A DNA stretch of 64,000 bases from Octopus vulgaris (GCA_951406725.2 OX597834.1:1488001-1552000), one strand, 5' to 3'. Positions 44,451 through 58,836 are shown, counted from the stretch's first letter. Notes: a model not told the origin generated them from the letters alone. Numbers and translations: made by a program.

Positions 44451-47400
44451 TTACAGATTTATGCTTAAAATAGTGTCGTCTTTCATACTGACCATTTTTG
44501 CCACTTTTACCCACTTTTTATTAAAACATTCGTTCGACAAAGCCTTCCTCTCTATTCTCATCCTCCTTTTCAAGTGGTACTTGAAAAAGTTGACGAGAGA
44601 CTGACCAGAGAGGAAGGTGTTTGTTTGCAGTCCTTTCAAACGCGTCCACCACACACATTCTTTCGCCATAGCCATCAGCGTAACGAAAACCGTTTTCCCT
44701 TCCCGTTTAAAGGAAGGTGGTGGAACAATATTCACAATAGACTCGGCCGATAGGCGAGCCTGACCTACACGTGACAACAGCTGTTCGACGAAGGACCACA
44801 GCTCTGAAATATCTGGACACTGCACGAGTGCGTGCAGAACGGTTTCGTCGCTCTGACCGCATCTCGGGCAGGTCGGTCCGGTGATGGTTTTCGAACCGTG
44901 TCTGTAGCTCTTCTCTCGAACAGGTAGTGCGTCTCGATAGCACTGCCAAGCCAGGGATTTCTGGAAGTTATCCATAGGCCCCGGCCCGAACGTCGTCCTG
45001 AACAGGCGGGTTAGGAATTCCTCGTCGACGCCCAGGTTTGCCCCGAGTGTGTCGTCGGACCTCCCCTCCACTAGTCCTCTATAGAACGCTTTAGTCGTTT
45101 GGAAGTTGCACAAGTTTGACCCCGGTCGGCAGAGCTGCTGTAGAGCTTGGCGACACTCTCGGTGCCAATCGCCCAGTTTCGGTCTCTTTTTGATCCACGT
45201 TTGCAGTTCGGTCAGTGAGACGAGCTGCGGGAAGTCGCGCCTCACAAACGGCGCCCACACCTGTTCACCGTCGTCGATGAATTTCCAGAGATGTCGCAGT
45301 CTCAGCGCATGCCTGCGCATCATCAACCACGGCATGCCCAGTCCTCCATTCAACGGATGTTGACAGCAAATGGACTTCCTCACCATCGGAACGCCACCCT
45401 TCCACAGGAAGCGGAAGAGTATGCGTTCCAGTTTGGTGATGGTGGCGTCGGGACAAGGTACGACGGTCAGGCGGTAATCGATGACGGATGCGATGTACGC
45501 GTTCGCCACCTCCGCCCGGCCTTTTAGAGACAGCTTTCTCTCGGCCCATGTTTGGCTGAGAGCGACCACTCTACTCGTGATCTCGTCCCAGTTCTTATCC
45601 ATTTGGAGGTCCGGACTGAACCAGACCCCGAGCAATTTAACCGGTCCGTCCGTCCAGCGTCCCACTACTGAGCCGCAGTCGGACGGCATGGGCTTGCTTC
45701 TCCAGGTGCCGAGTAGCAAACCCACTGACTTTTCCGGGTTAATCTTTGCTCCCGTCACCGTTTCATATTTTCTTAGTGTCTCGCCGACCAGCTCGATGTG
45801 CTGGTAGCTCGACACTATGACGGTGACATCGTCCGCATATGCCGACACGCTCGTCCCGCAACCCAGTTCCCGTGGGATGCCCCTCAGTGTCGCCAGCTTC
45901 CGCAGTAGCGGCTCGAGAGTCAATACATACAGAAGCGCCGACAGGGGACACCCCTGACGGACCGAACGCGTGATGTCAAACGGTTTAGACAGGTGACCGT
46001 TTACCCGAATCACCGATCGGATGCCGCTATACAAGGCAGCGATCCAACCGCGGAAGACGGGACCGAAGCCAGCCGCCCTGAGGACGGCCGCCAAGTACCG
46101 ATGGTCGACCCTATCGAAGGCTTTAGACTGATCCAAATTTATCAGCGCCCCACCCATGCCAGGATCCTTAACTACCCTGTCCACAATGTAGCGCATCAGA
46201 TGGAGGTTGTCATGTATGGTTCTGCCCGGCACGGCGCATGTTTGCGCCCTGTCGACCAGTTTACCAATGACAAGCGCCAACCTCTCGGCTATTACTTTGG
46301 CCAAAATTTTCAAATCTGCGTTGAGCAGAGTGATGGGCCTGAAATTATCTATAAAATTCCCCTTGTTTGAGTCTTTCTTCAGCAACGTCACTGCACCTCG
46401 GCTCACGAAACCGGGGATTCTCCCGTTTTGTTGCCAGTTGCAGTAGACTGATGCCAAGAGGTCGCCAAACAAGTCTGGCATTCGACAATACAGCTCGTAG
46501 GGTAAACCATCCAATCCAGGCGACTTATCCCTCGCGCAGCCCGCCATCGCATCCCACACGTCAGCGGCTGTGATGGGACTTTCACAACACTCCGCCTCTC
46601 TTGCCGAGAGCCGCGGCAGGTCGGTCAGGTAGGCACTGAAATCCATCCCTCGTTCCGACCCACCACTCGCACCAAACAGTCGAGCAAAGTGCTGTTGAAA
46701 GGCCTCACACATCCTTTCGGGTTCGAGTAAACTGCATCCCTGTTGATCTATTAGAGACCGAATGGTTGATCTGTTGCCACGCTGCGCCTCCGCTACCCGG
46801 GCCTCTCGCGCAGCTTCAATCCCTTCGTTCCTTAAGGCACGCATTTTAGCTCTGACGACGCAACCTTCGTGCTTGGCGTTGAGGTGTTGGTCGAGGGCCA
46901 TCCTCGCAGCTAGCACGTTGGTTGCGCTGCCAGTGGTAAGTGCCTCTTCTAGTTTCTTAACTAAGTCTCCCTCTACTCTATTTCGTTCTATCGCTAATTC
47001 CTTGCTAAACCTAATTGATTCCGATTTTATTGCCATTTTCAGGGCGTACCACCAGCGGTTGTTAACGACCGCTCCCGTCAGCGCCCTCTTAATTAACTCG
47101 CTAATCCGGTTCCTGTAAACCTGTCGCGCTAACAGCGACGTGTTCAGTTTCCAGTAACCGGGACCCTGCCTATGTGTTTTATCTAAGTCGAGCGTACACG
47201 TAACAAATTTGTGATCTGTGTAGCTGACTATTTTAAATTGTGGACATCCTACACTATCCCTATCCGCTGTCCTGCATAGAATTCTATCTAGATAAGATCT
47301 CGACGATCCGACGCGGTTTGTCCAAGTCCACGTTGGCACGTTCGGATGGTCGAGTCGGAACCTGTCAGACAAATGGAAACGTCTGAGCAGGTCTTTGAGG

Positions 47401-47900
47401 CTCTTACACCCCCTTCTATTCCTATCCCTTCCCACATAATCTAGATGCGTGTCCAAGGTAGCGTTCCAATCCCCTACTAACAGTAAAGGTCTAGACGTAC
47501 CCAGGAAAACCTCTAGACGTCTGAAGAAATCCGCCCGACCCGTTAAGGACGGTGCATAAACTGCCATCAGACGGAATGCACACCCATTTCTGCCATCCAC
47601 GTCCAAGACAACCAGCCTACCCTCCGGGTCTAGGAATATTGCTCTTACTTTTACCTTTAGACTCTTTCGAAAAAGCACCGCAGTACCTCCACCACCCATG
47701 TTCGGCAGACAGGGAGAAAAATAAATGTCAAATTGATTGCCAAACATGGACTCGAGGGCCCGCGGCTTACTGAGTCTGGTTTCGCTGATAGCTACTATAT
47801 CCACGTCCAGTGACTTGATGTCGTTTAGAAGGTAACCTTGCTTCCAAGCCGACGCCAAGCCACGCGCATTCACACAACCTAATTTAAGCATACTTGACAT
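44451..47900 (-). CDS. Tx1-type ORF2p, intact, 1149 aa
   Basis: Same motifs as B1 with only a handful of amino-acid differences. Confidence 0.96.
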   Translation of the reverse strand: MSSMLKLGCVNARGLASAWKQGYLLNDIKSLDVDIVAISETRLSKPRALESMFGNQFDIYFSPCLPNMGGGGTAVLFRKSLKVKVRAIFLDPEGRLVVLDVDGRNGCAFRLMAVYAPSLTGRADFFRRLEVFLGTSRPLLLVGDWNATLDTHLDYVGRDRNRRGCKSLKDLLRRFHLSDRFRLDHPNVPTWTWTNRVGSSRSYLDRILCRTADRDSVGCPQFKIVSYTDHKFVTCTLDLDKTHRQGPGYWKLNTSLLARQVYRNRISELIKRALTGAVVNNRWWYALKMAIKSESIRFSKELAIERNRVEGDLVKKLEEALTTGSATNVLAARMALDQHLNAKHEGCVVRAKMRALRNEGIEAAREARVAEAQRGNRSTIRSLIDQQGCSLLEPERMCEAFQQHFARLFGASGGSERGMDFSAYLTDLPRLSAREAECCESPITAADVWDAMAGCARDKSPGLDGLPYELYCRMPDLFGDLLASVYCNWQQNGRIPGFVSRGAVTLLKKDSNKGNFIDNFRPITLLNADLKILAKVIAERLALVIGKLVDRAQTCAVPGRTIHDNLHLMRYIVDRVVKDPGMGGALINLDQSKAFDRVDHRYLAAVLRAAGFGPVFRGWIAALYSGIRSVIRVNGHLSKPFDITRSVRQGCPLSALLYVLTLEPLLRKLATLRGIPRELGCGTSVSAYADDVTVIVSSYQHIELVGETLRKYETVTGAKINPEKSVGLLLGTWRSKPMPSDCGSVVGRWTDGPVKLLGVWFSPDLQMDKNWDEITSRVVALSQTWAERKLSLKGRAEVANAYIASVIDYRLTVVPCPDATITKLERILFRFLWKGGVPMVRKSICCQHPLNGGLGMPWLMMRRHALRLRHLWKFIDDGEQVWAPFVRRDFPQLVSLTELQTWIKKRPKLGDWHRECRQALQQLCRPGSNLCNFQTTKAFYRGLVEGRSDDTLGANLGVDEEFLTRLFRTTFGPGPMDNFQKSLAWQCYRDALPVREKSYRHGSKTITGPTCPRCGQSDETVLHALVQCPDISELWSFVEQLLSRVGQARLSAESIVNIVPPPSFKREGKTVFVTLMAMAKECVWWTRLKGLQTNTFLSGQSLVNFFKYHLKRRMRIERKALSNECFNKKWVKVAKMVSMKDDTILSINL

Positions 47901-47965
47901 TTACGAAAATTGTGTTTTACACACTATATTAGAAGAGACAAGAGGCAAGAAGTGAGGTCACTTAC

Positions 47966-49829
47966 TCATTTTAAAAGTTTCATTTTTTCTTCTTCTTCTT
48001 TTGTATCGTTTTTGATGAGGTGTTTGTATAGTTTTTTCGACAGGTATCGTTGATACCCGCCTACCGCATTCGGAAATAATGTTTTCAGTATGTGGTGTTG
48101 TGCTTGTGTTATGTGTAAAATTCTGATGTGTTTCGGTGGTGTGGTGTGCGGATGATTGTTTGTCTTAAAATCATCTTCACAGACGACCATGTTAGATTTG
48201 ATGTAGTCCATTAATTCTTTATTGTCTGTGTCTATTGCAGTTAGTTGTGTGTGTGGTTTTACGGGTTCATTACTTTTTTGATTGTCTAGGGGAATGTTGT
48301 CCTGAGTGAGATATCTCCCTGCTTTAATTCCTTGTTTGGTGGATTTTTTGGATCTTTTTCTTTTACCCCCTGTGGCTATTTGCCATTCCGTCGAACTTTC
48401 GTCGTCCGAGGTATCAGTATGGGGTAGAGGAAAAAGAACAGGATCACTATGTATGCTTGTATAAATTGTTGATGTTTTGTGCGGTGTTTGTGTTGTTGTG
48501 GTGTTAGGGGTAGCATTTGTCTTCTCGTCAGTGTTTTCTGTCTTTTTAATTGTCGTCCTGGGTGTGGGTGTGGGTCGATTTTTTGAAGATTCAACAAGTT
48601 TAATTGGTTGTGACGTCAACGGTGATTGAGTTGGTACTGTTTTTCTTGGTGATGTTGTTGGGGTTTGTTGTTTTTCTTGGCGTTGTTCCATAATTGAGTG
48701 TGTTGGTGTTGGTGTTGGCAACAAAGGGATTTTATTTGTTTTCTGAATTGTTCTTTCTTGTTTTTTCTGTACCAGATCGCACTTGGCAATCAAATGTTCG
48801 GGGCTGCCACATTTGTAGCATCTAGGCTTTTTGCCTTCTGCCATAACATATAGGCATTGCCCATTCTCCAAGTATATCTTGTCGGGTAGGCTCTCGATAG
48901 AGGCCCCTCAATCTGGATGGTCACAACTACTGTTTTTCCACCCCAATTGTCGTTTAGGTACACGGCTGTTTCTAGAATATTGATCTTTTTCAAGTGGTAA
49001 CAGATTGCCCCTGTTATCCATTTGTTCGGCATATCGGGGGGTACATTTCTGATAGTAATTCTACTCACCCTCTGGTTTTTATAATAAGGGACCATGATGA
49101 TTTCATCATTTCCCAGACACTCAGTAGAGTGAGCTTTTGCCACTTCCTGGTTAGGGAAGCGGACCACTACTGTGTTAAACTGGGGACCCCAGTTTATATA
49201 CTCTTTTTCTTTCATTATATTTTTTAAACATTTCTCCACATCAGTTTTTGTAATCTGTTCATTTGGTTTTTTGTTTTTTCTAATAATTTTATATACAATT
49301 GTCTTATTTTCAATTTCTTGTTTTATATGTTGAGGTGTATGCAGGACCAAATCTTGTCCACGGGTTGTAAAGAGAGCTCTTGTTTCTATGAGCTCTTCAT
49401 TTGTGAATGTAAAATCTCCTTTTTCTGGCGAAGAATATCTGCGAAATTTACTGTTGTTGACTTTTTTGTATTGGCATCTTCACTATTAGATAGTTCATTT
49501 TTATTGTTGTTCTTGTTGTTGCTGTTGTTTTTGTCAATAGTTTTCGTTTCAGTTTTATTTTTATCATTTATGTTGGTCGTGGTAGTGGTGGTGGTGGTGG
49601 TGGAGGTGGTGGTGGTAGCAGTTGTTGTCTCGTGGTTGCTGTTGTTAGTGGTGGTGGTGGCGGTGGTGACAGGGCTGTTAACGCACGTGGTTGCAGCGTT
49701 CCTTTCACCGAATTTCACGTTGGCATTTTCCGTGCGAACGTTCTTTTTTCTCTCTGTCGTTTCCAGACTAGGAAAATGTTGTTCCAAAAAAGAACGCGAC
49801 CAGCGTTCAACAATAAAATTTCTAGACAT
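47966..49829 (-). pseudogene. Tx1-type ORF1, copy B2, frameshifts at ~49412 and ~48905
   Basis: Three ORF pieces colinear with B1/B3; CCHC knuckle; 12-bp in-frame deletion at ~48665. Confidence 0.88.
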
Positions 49830-50028
49830 TTTCTAATGTCGAGAAGAAAATAATAGAAATGAAATGGGGTCGAAACTGCCCCTAGGGGCGAATTCCTCCC
49901 TTGTAAAAGCACTCAAATGAAAGTTGGTTGCCTTACACACCTTATTTGCAAAAATCTACACAAAAATTGGCCTATAAATAGTCAAAATAAATGATTACCT
50001 TCGGAGCTGAAACGACATCACATCCGTC

Positions 50029-50120
<92 letters not shown>

Positions 50121-50121
<1 letters not shown>

Positions 50122-52994
50122 CTTTCTTTTATTAGCCACACAGGGCTGAATACAGAGGGGACAAATACAAATGCAGAGCTTTTCTTTTCGAGGGTGGAAA
50201 AAAATAAAAATGTAAGATTGCGATCAAAAGGGATCGAGAGGAGGAAAAAAAAAAAAAAAAAAAGAAAATCGTGTATCACAGAAATAATGGTGTAAACATT
50301 GATATAACAAGATTGGGTTCATCCGTGGGAAGAAAAGCCTACAGAAAAGACCACGGGAACCCCAGTCAGGGAGGAAATAAACACATGAGGTCAAAAATGC
50401 TCTCTTTCTTTCTTTTTTACGATCTACAGGATCATGCTCAAAATGGTTTCGTTACTAGCACGCACCATCTTTGCAACATTCACCCATCTTTTATTGAATC
50501 TTTCGCGAGACAAAACTTCCCTCTCCATTCTCACCTTCCTTTTCAAGTGGTACTTGAAAAAGTTGATGAGCGAATGGCCAGAGAGGTAAGTGTTTGTCTC
50601 TAATCCTTTCGCTCGAGTCCACCACACACATTCTTTCACCATGGCCACCAGTACGATGAAAACTGCCTTGCCTTCCCGGTTGAGGGAAGGGGGCGGAGCA
50701 ATTCTCACGATAGACTCGGCCGATAGGCGGATTCGTCCCACACGTGACAGCAGCCGTTCGGCATAAGCCCACAGGTCGGAAATGGTTGGACATTGCACGA
50801 GTTCGTGCAGAACGGTTTCATCGCTCTGACCGCATCTCGGGCAAGTCGGTCCAGTGTGTCTGGAACCGTGTCTGTAGAGCTTATCCCAAACAGGTAATGC
50901 TTCTCGATAGCACTGCCAGGCCAGGGATCTTTGGTGATTGTTCATAGGTCCCGGCCCGAAAGTTGTCCTGAACAGGCGGGTCAGGTGTTCCTCGTCGACG
51001 CCCAGACTCTGCCCGAGTTCGTCGTCGCACCTCCCCTCCACTAATCCTCTATAGAATGCCTTTGTTGTGATGGAGTCGCACAAGTTCGATCCCGGACGGC
51101 AGAGTTGCTTGAGAGCAACGCGACACTCACGGTGCCATTCGCCTAGCCTCGGTCTCTGCTTGATCCATGACTGTAGTTCGTCCAAGGAGACGAGCTGCGG
51201 GAAAGCGCGCCGCACAAAAGGCGACCACCCCTGTTCACCGTTGTCTATGAAGCGCCGGAGATGTCGCAGTCTCAGCGCATGTCTGCGCATCATCAACCAC
51301 GGCATGCCCAGCCCTCCATTTAGCGGGTGTTGGCAGCAAATGAATCGCCTGACCATCGGAACGTTTCCCTTCCACAAGAAGCGGAAGAGTATGCGTTCCA
51401 GTTTGGTGATGGTAGGGTCGGGACAAGGCACGACGGTCAGACGGTACTCGATGACGGATGCGATGTACGCGTTCGCCACCTCCGCCCGACCTTTTAGGGA
51501 TAGCTTTCTCTCAGTCCATTTCTGGGTGAGAGTAGCCACCCTAGTCGTTATCTCGCCCCAGTTCTTCTCCATTTGGAGGTCCGGACCGAACCAGACCCCG
51601 AGCAATTTAACCGGTCCGTCCGTCCAGCGTCCCACGATGGAGACGCTGTTGGACGGCATGGGCTTGCTTCTCCAGGTGCCGAGCCGCAAGCCCACTGACT
51701 TTTCCCGGTTAATTTTTGCTCCCGTTACCGCTTCGTATTCTTTCAGTGTCTCGCCGACCAGCTCGATGTGCTCGTAGCTCGACACTATGACGGTGACGTC
51801 ATCCGCGTATGCAGACACGCTCCTCCCGCATCCCAGCTCTCGTGGGATGCCCCTCAGCGTCGCCAGTTTCCGCAGTAGTGGCTCAAGAGTCAGTACATAC
51901 AGCAGCGATGAGAGGGGGCATCCCTGACGAACCGAACGCATGATGTTAAAAGGTCTGGATAGATGACCATTTACGCGAACTACTGAGCGGATGCCGCTGT
52001 ATAAGGCAGCGATCCAACTGCGGAAAACTGGACCGAAACCAGCCGCTTTGAGGACAGCCTCCAAGTAGTGATGGTCTACCCTATCGAAGGCTTTTGATTG
52101 ATCCAAATTGATCAGCGCCCCACCCATGCCAGGATTTTTAACTACCCTGTCTATGATGTAGCGCATCAGATGGAGGTTGTCATGAATACTTCTACCCGGC
52201 ACGGCGCATGTTTGCGCCTTGTCGATTAGTTTCTTGATGACAAGCGCCAACCTCTCGGCTAACACCTTGGCCAAAATTTTCAAATCTGCGTTGAGCAGAG
52301 TGATGGGCCTGAAATTATCTATGACGTCCCCCTTGTTTGGGTCTTTCTTGATCAGTGCCACTGCTCCTCGCTTTACAAAAGCAGGAATACTCCCGTTCTG
52401 CTGCCAGTTGCAGTAGACAGCTGCCAATACGCCTCCAAACAAGTCTGGCATATGAAAATAAAATTCGTAGGGCAGACCATCCAAGCCTGGTGACTTGTCT
52501 CTCGCGCAGCCTACCATCGCATCCTGTACGTCCGCAGCTGTGATAGGCTTTTCACAAGACTCCACCTCCCTTGCTGAGAGTCGTGGCAAGGCATGCAGGT
52601 AGGCACTAAAGTCCACTCTGCTTTCTGACTCACCACTTGTCCCAAACAGTTGGGTGAAGTGTTGTTGAAAAACCCCACACATCCTTTTAGGCTCGAGTAA
52701 TTCGCGCCCCTGTTCATCTATAAGAGACTTGATGGTGGCTCTGTTGCCTCGTTGCGTCTCCACCACTCGGGCCTCTTGGGCGGCTCCAACTCCTTCGTTC
52801 CTCAGAGCACGCATCCTAGCTCTGACAACGCATCCCTCGTGTTTGGCGTTGAGGTGTTGGTCGAGGGCCAATCTCGCCGCCAGTACGTTGGACGCGATGC
52901 CAGTTCTAAGTGCCTCTTCTAAAACCTTAACTAATTCTCCCTCTATTCTATTTCGGTCTAATGCTAGGGCTCTACTGTATCTGACTGATTCTGC
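50121..52994 (-). mobile_element. Tx1-type LINE family C, 5'-truncated copy C1
   Basis: Open RT + zinc finger frame to a stop at 50424; distinct 3'UTR; (GATA)n on both sides. Confidence 0.95.
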
Positions 52995-53146
<152 letters not shown>

Positions 53147-53445
53147 CTTTTTATTGTAGCCACACAGGGCTAAACACAGAATAAAAATGGACGAAATACA
53201 ATGTAGAATTTTTTCTTTTCGAGGTGGGATGGGTGGGGCAAAAAAAAAAAAAAAAAAACGTTTGATCAATAGAGATCTGTGGGTTGTGTGGTGTATAAAA
53301 AAGCACATATATATATATATATATAAGGTTCACAGTTTAGGTGTAGTCTTGGAAAGAAAAACCTACAAAAAAGACCAAGGTCACCCCAGACAGTTCGAAA
53401 AAGAACACATGAGTAAGTCGCCTTACTTCTCGTTGTCTCTTATGG

Positions 53446-56400
53446 TTACAGATTTATGCTTAAAATAGTGTCGTCTTTCATACTGACCATTTTTGCCACT
53501 TTTACCCACTTTTTATTAAAACATTCGTTCGACAAAGCCTTCCTCTCTATTCTCATCCTCCTTTTCAAGTGGTACTTGAAAAAGTTGACGAGAGACTGAC
53601 CAGAGAGGAAGATGTTTGTTTGCAGTCCTTTCAAACGCGTCCACCACACACATTCTTTCGCCATAGCCATTAGCGTAACGAAAACCGTTTTCCCTTCCCG
53701 TTTAAAGGAAGGTGGTGGAACAATATTCACAATAGACTCGGCCGATAGGCGAGCCTGACCTACACGTGACAACAGCTGTTCGACGACGGACCACAGCTCT
53801 GAAATATCTGGACACTGCACGAGTGCGTGCAGAACGGTTTCGTCGCTCTGACCGCATCTCGGGCAGGTCGGTCCGGTGATGGTTTTCGAACCGTGTCTGT
53901 AGCTCTTCTCTCGAACAGGTAGTGCGTCTCGATAGCACTGCCAAGCCAGGGATTTCTGGAAGTTATCCATAGGCCCCGGCCCGAACGTCGTCCTGAACAG
54001 GCGGGTTAGGAATTCCTCGTCGACGCCCAGGTTTGCCCCGAGTGTGTCGTCGGACCTCCCCTCCACTAGTCCCCTATAGAACGCTTTAGTCGTTTGGAAG
54101 TTGCACAAGTTTGACCCCGGTCGGCAGAGCTGCTGTAGAGCTTGGCGACACTCTCGGTGCCAATCGCCCAGTTTCGGTCTCTTTTTGATCCACGTTTGCA
54201 GTTCGGTCAGTGAGACGAGCTGCGGGAAGTCGCGCCTCACAAACGGCGCCCACACCTGTTCACCGTCGTCGATGAATTTCCAGAGATGTCGCAGTCTCAG
54301 CGCATGCCTGCGCATCATCAACCACGGCATGCCCAGTCCTCCATTCAACGGATGTTGACAGCAAATGGACTTCCTCACCATCGGAACGCCACCCTTCCAC
54401 AGGAAGCGGAAGAGTATGCGTTCCAGTTTGGTGATGGTGGCGTCGGGACAAGGTACGACGGTCAGGCGGTAATCGATGACAGATGCGATGTACGCGGTCG
54501 CCACCTCCGCCCGGCCTTTTAGAGACAGCTTTCTCTCGGCCCATTTTTGGCTGAGAGCGACCACTCTACTCGTGATCTCGTCCCAGTTCTTATCCATTTG
54601 GAGGTCCGGACTGAACCAGACCCCGAGCAATTTAACCGGTCCGTCCGTCCAGCGTCCCACTACTGAGCCGCAGTCGGACGGCATGGGCTTGCTTCTCCAG
54701 GTGCCGAGTAGCAAACCCACTGACTTTTCCGGGTCAATTTTTGCTCCCGTCACCGTTTCGTATTTTCTTAGTGTCTCGCCGACCAGCTCGATATGCTGGT
54801 AGCTCGACACTATGACGGTGACATCGTCCGCATATGCCGACACGCTCGTCCCGCAACCCAGTTCCCGTGGGATGCCCCTCAGTGTCGCCAGCTTCCGCAG
54901 TAGCGGCTCGAGAGTCAATACATACAGAAGCGCCGACAGGGGACACCCCTGACGGACCGAACGCGTGATGTCAAACGGTTTCGACAGGTGACCGTTCACC
55001 CGAATCACCGATCGGATGCCGCTATACAAGGCAGCGATCCAACCGCGGAACACGGGACCGAAGCCAGCTCCCTGAGAACGGCCGCCAAGTACCGATGGTC
55101 GACCCTATCGAAGGCTTTAGACTGATCCAAATTTATCAGCGCCCCACCCATGCCAGGATCCTTAACTACCCTGTCCACAATGTAGCGCATCAGATGGAGG
55201 TTGTCATGTATGGTTCTGCCCGGCACGGCGCATGTTTGCGCCCTGTCGATCAGTTTACCAATGACAAGCGCCAACCTCTCGGCTATTACTTTGGCCAAAA
55301 TTTTCAAATCTGCGTTGAGCAGAGTGATGGGCCTGAAATTATCTATAAAATTCCCCTTGTTTGAGTCTTTCTTCAGCAACGTCACTGCACCTCGGCTCAC
55401 GAAACCGGGGATTCTCCCGTTTTGTTGCCAGTTGCAGTAGACTGATGCCAAGAGGTCGCCAAACAAGTCTGGCATTCGACAATACAGCTCGTAGGGTAAA
55501 CCATCCAATCCAGGCGACTTATCCCTCGCGCAGCCCGCCATCGCATCCCACACGTCAGCGGCTGTGATGGGACTTTCACAACACTCCGCTTCTCTTGCCG
55601 AGAGCCGCGGCAGGTCGGTCAGGTAGGCACTGAAATCCATCCCTCGTTCCGACCCACCACTCGCACCAAACAGTCGAGCAAAGTGCTGTTGAAAGGCCTC
55701 ACACATCCTTTCGGGTTCGAGTAAACTGCATCCCTGTTGATCTATTAGAGACCGAATGGTTGATCTGTTGCCACGCTGCGCCTCCGCTACCCGGGCCTCT
55801 CGCGCAGCTTCAATCCCTTCGTTCCTTAAGGCACGCATTTTAGCTCTGACGACGCAACCTTCGTGCTTGGCGTTGAGGTGTTGGTCGAGGGCCATCCTCG
55901 CAGCCAGCACGTTGGTTGCGCTGCCAGTGGTAAGTGCCTCTTCTAGTTTCTTAACTAAGTCTCCCTCTACTCTATTTCGTTCTATCGCTAATTCCTTGCT
56001 AAACCTAATTGATTCCGATTTTATTGCCATTTTAAGGGCGTACCACCAGCGGTTGTTAACGATCGCTCCCGTCGTCGCCCTCTTAATTAACTCGCTAATC
56101 CGGTTCCTGTAAACCTGTCGCGCTAACAGCGAAGTGTTCAGTTTCCAGTAACCGGGACCCTGCCTATGTGTTTTATCTAAGTCGAGCGTACACATAACAA
56201 ATTTGTGATCTGTGTAGCTGACAATTTTAAATTGTGGACATCCTACACTATCCCTATCCGCTGTCCTGCATAGAATTCTATCTAGATAAGATCTCGACGA
56301 TCCGACGCGGTTTGTCCAAGTCCACGTTGGCACGTTCGGATGGTCGAGTCGGAACCTGTCAGACAAATGGAAACGTCTGAGCAGGTCTTTGAGGCTCTTA

Positions 56401-56894
56401 CACCCCCTTCTATTCCTATCCCTTCCCAGATAATCTAGATGCGTGTCCAAGGTAGCGTTCCAATCCCCTACTAACAGTAAAGGTCTAGACGTACCCAGGA
56501 AAACCTCTAGACGTCTGAAGAAATCCGCCCGACCCGTTAAGGACGGTGCATAAACTGCCATCAGACGGAATGCACACCCATTTCTGCCATCCACGTCCAA
56601 GACAACCAGCCTACCCTCCGGGTCTAGGAATATTGCTCTTACTTTTACCTCTAGACTCTTTCGAAAAAGCACCGCAGTACCTCCACCACCCATGTTCGGC
56701 AGACAGGGAGAAAAATAAATGTCAAATTGATTGCCAAACATGGACTCGAGGGCACGCGGCTTACTGAGTCTGGTTTCGCTGATAGCTACTATATCCACGT
56801 CCAGTGACTTGATGTCGTTTAGAAGGTAACCTTGCTTCCAAGCCGACGCCAAGCCACGCGCATTCACACAACCTAAGTTAAGCATACTTGACAT
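53446..56894 (-). pseudogene. Tx1-type ORF2, copy B3, 1-nt deletion at ~55068
   Basis: Split into 629 and 535 aa ORFs; AGCTCCCTGAG versus AGCCGCCCTGAG in B1/B2. Confidence 0.92.
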
Positions 56895-56951
56895 TTACGA
56901 AAATTGTGTTTTACACACTATATTAGAAGAGACAAGAGGCAAGAAGTGAGG

Positions 56952-58836
56952 TCACTTACTCATTTTAAAAGTTTCATTTTTTTCTTCTTCTTCTTTTGTA
57001 TCGTTTTTGATGAGGTGTTTGTATAGTTTTTTCGACAGGTATCGTTGATACCCGCCTACCGCATTCGGAAATAATGTTTTCAGTATGTGGTGTTGTGCTT
57101 GTGTTATGTGTAAAATTCTGATGTGTTTCGGTGGTGTGGTGTGCGGATGATTGTTTGTCTTAAAATCATCTTCACAGACGACCATGTTAGATTTGATGTA
57201 GTCCATTAATTCTTTATTGTCTGTGTCTATTGCAGTTAGTTGTGTGTGTGGTTTTACGGGTTCATTACTTTTTTGATTGTCTAGGGGAATGTTGTCCTGA
57301 GTGAGATATCTCCCTGCTTTAATTCCTTGTTTGGTGGATTTTTTGGATCTTTTTCTTTTACCCCCTGTGGCTATTTGCCATTCCGTCGAACTTTCTTCGT
57401 CCGACGTATCAGTATGGGGTAGAGGAAAAAGAACAGGATCACTATGTATGCTTGTATAAATTGTTGATGTTTTGTGCGGTGTTTGTGTTGTTGTGGTGTT
57501 AGGGGTAGCATTTGTCTTCTCGTCAGTGTTTTCTGTCTTTTTAATTGTCGTCCTGGGTGTGGGCGTGGGTCTATTTTTTGTTAATTCAACAGGTTTAATT
57601 GGTTGTGAAGTCAACGGTGATTGTGTTGGTACTGTTTTTCTTGGTGATGTTGTTGGGGTTTGTCTGCTGGTTTGTTGTTTTTCTTGGCGTTGTTCCATAA
57701 TTGAGTGTGTTGGTGTTGGTGTTGGCAACAAAGGGATTTTATTTGTTTTCTGAATTGTTCTTTCTTGTTTTTTCTGTACCAGATCGCACTTGGCAATCAA
57801 ATGTTCGGGGCTGCCACATTTGTAGCATCTAGGCTTTTTGCCTTCTGCCATAACATATAGGCATTGCCCATTCTCCAAGTATATCTTGTCGGGTAGGCTC
57901 TCGATAGAGGCCCCTCAATCTGGATGGTCACAACTACTGTTTTTCCACCCCAATTGTCGTTTAGGTACACGGCTGTTTCTAGAATATTGATCTTTTTCAA
58001 GTGGTAACAGATTGCCCCTGTTATCCATTTGTTCGGCATATCGGGGGGTACATTTCTGATAGTAATTCTACTCACCCTCTGGTTTTTATAATAAGGGACC
58101 ATGATGATTTCATCATTTCCCAGACACTCAGTAGAGTGAGCTTTTGCCACTTCCTGGTTAGGAAGCGGACCACTACTGTGTTAAACTGGGGACCCCAGTT
58201 TATATACTCTTTTTCTTTCATTATATTTTTTAAACATTTCTCCACATCAGTTTTTGTAATCTGTTCATTTGGTTTTTTGTTTTTTCTAATAATTTTATAT
58301 ACAATTGTCTTATTTTCAATTTCTTGTTTTATATGTTGAGGTGTATGCAGCACCAAATCTTGTCCACGGGTTGTAAAGAGAGCTCTTGTCTCTATGAGCT
58401 CTTCATTTGTGAATGTAACAATCTCCTTTTTCTGGCGAAGAATATCTGCGAAATTTACTGTTGTTGACTTTTTTGTATTGGCATCTTCACTATTAGATAG
58501 TTCATTTTTATTGTAGTTCTTGTTGTTGCTGTTGTTTTTGTCAATAGTTTTCGTTTCAGTTTTATTTTTATCATTTATGTTGGTCGTGGTAGTGGTGGTG
58601 GTGGTGGTGGAGGTGGTGGTGGTAGCAGTTGTTGTCTCGTGGTTGCTGTTGTTAGTGGTGGTGGTGGCGGTGGTGACAGGGCTGTTAACGCACGTGGTTG
58701 CAGCGTTCCTTTCACCGAATTTCACGTTGGCATTTTCCGTGCGAACGTTCTTTTTTCTCTCTGTCGTTTCCAGACTAGGAAAATGTTGTTCCAAAAAAGA
58801 ACGCGACCAGCGTTCAACAATAAAATTTCTAGACAT
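56952..58836 (-). pseudogene. Tx1-type ORF1, copy B3, frameshifts at ~58161 and ~57912
   Basis: Three colinear ORF pieces; CCHC knuckle. Confidence 0.88.

Larger units (their letters stand above)
44120..50028 (-). mobile_element. Tx1-type LINE family B, full-length copy B2
   Basis: Near-identical to B1 with the same termini. Confidence 0.96.
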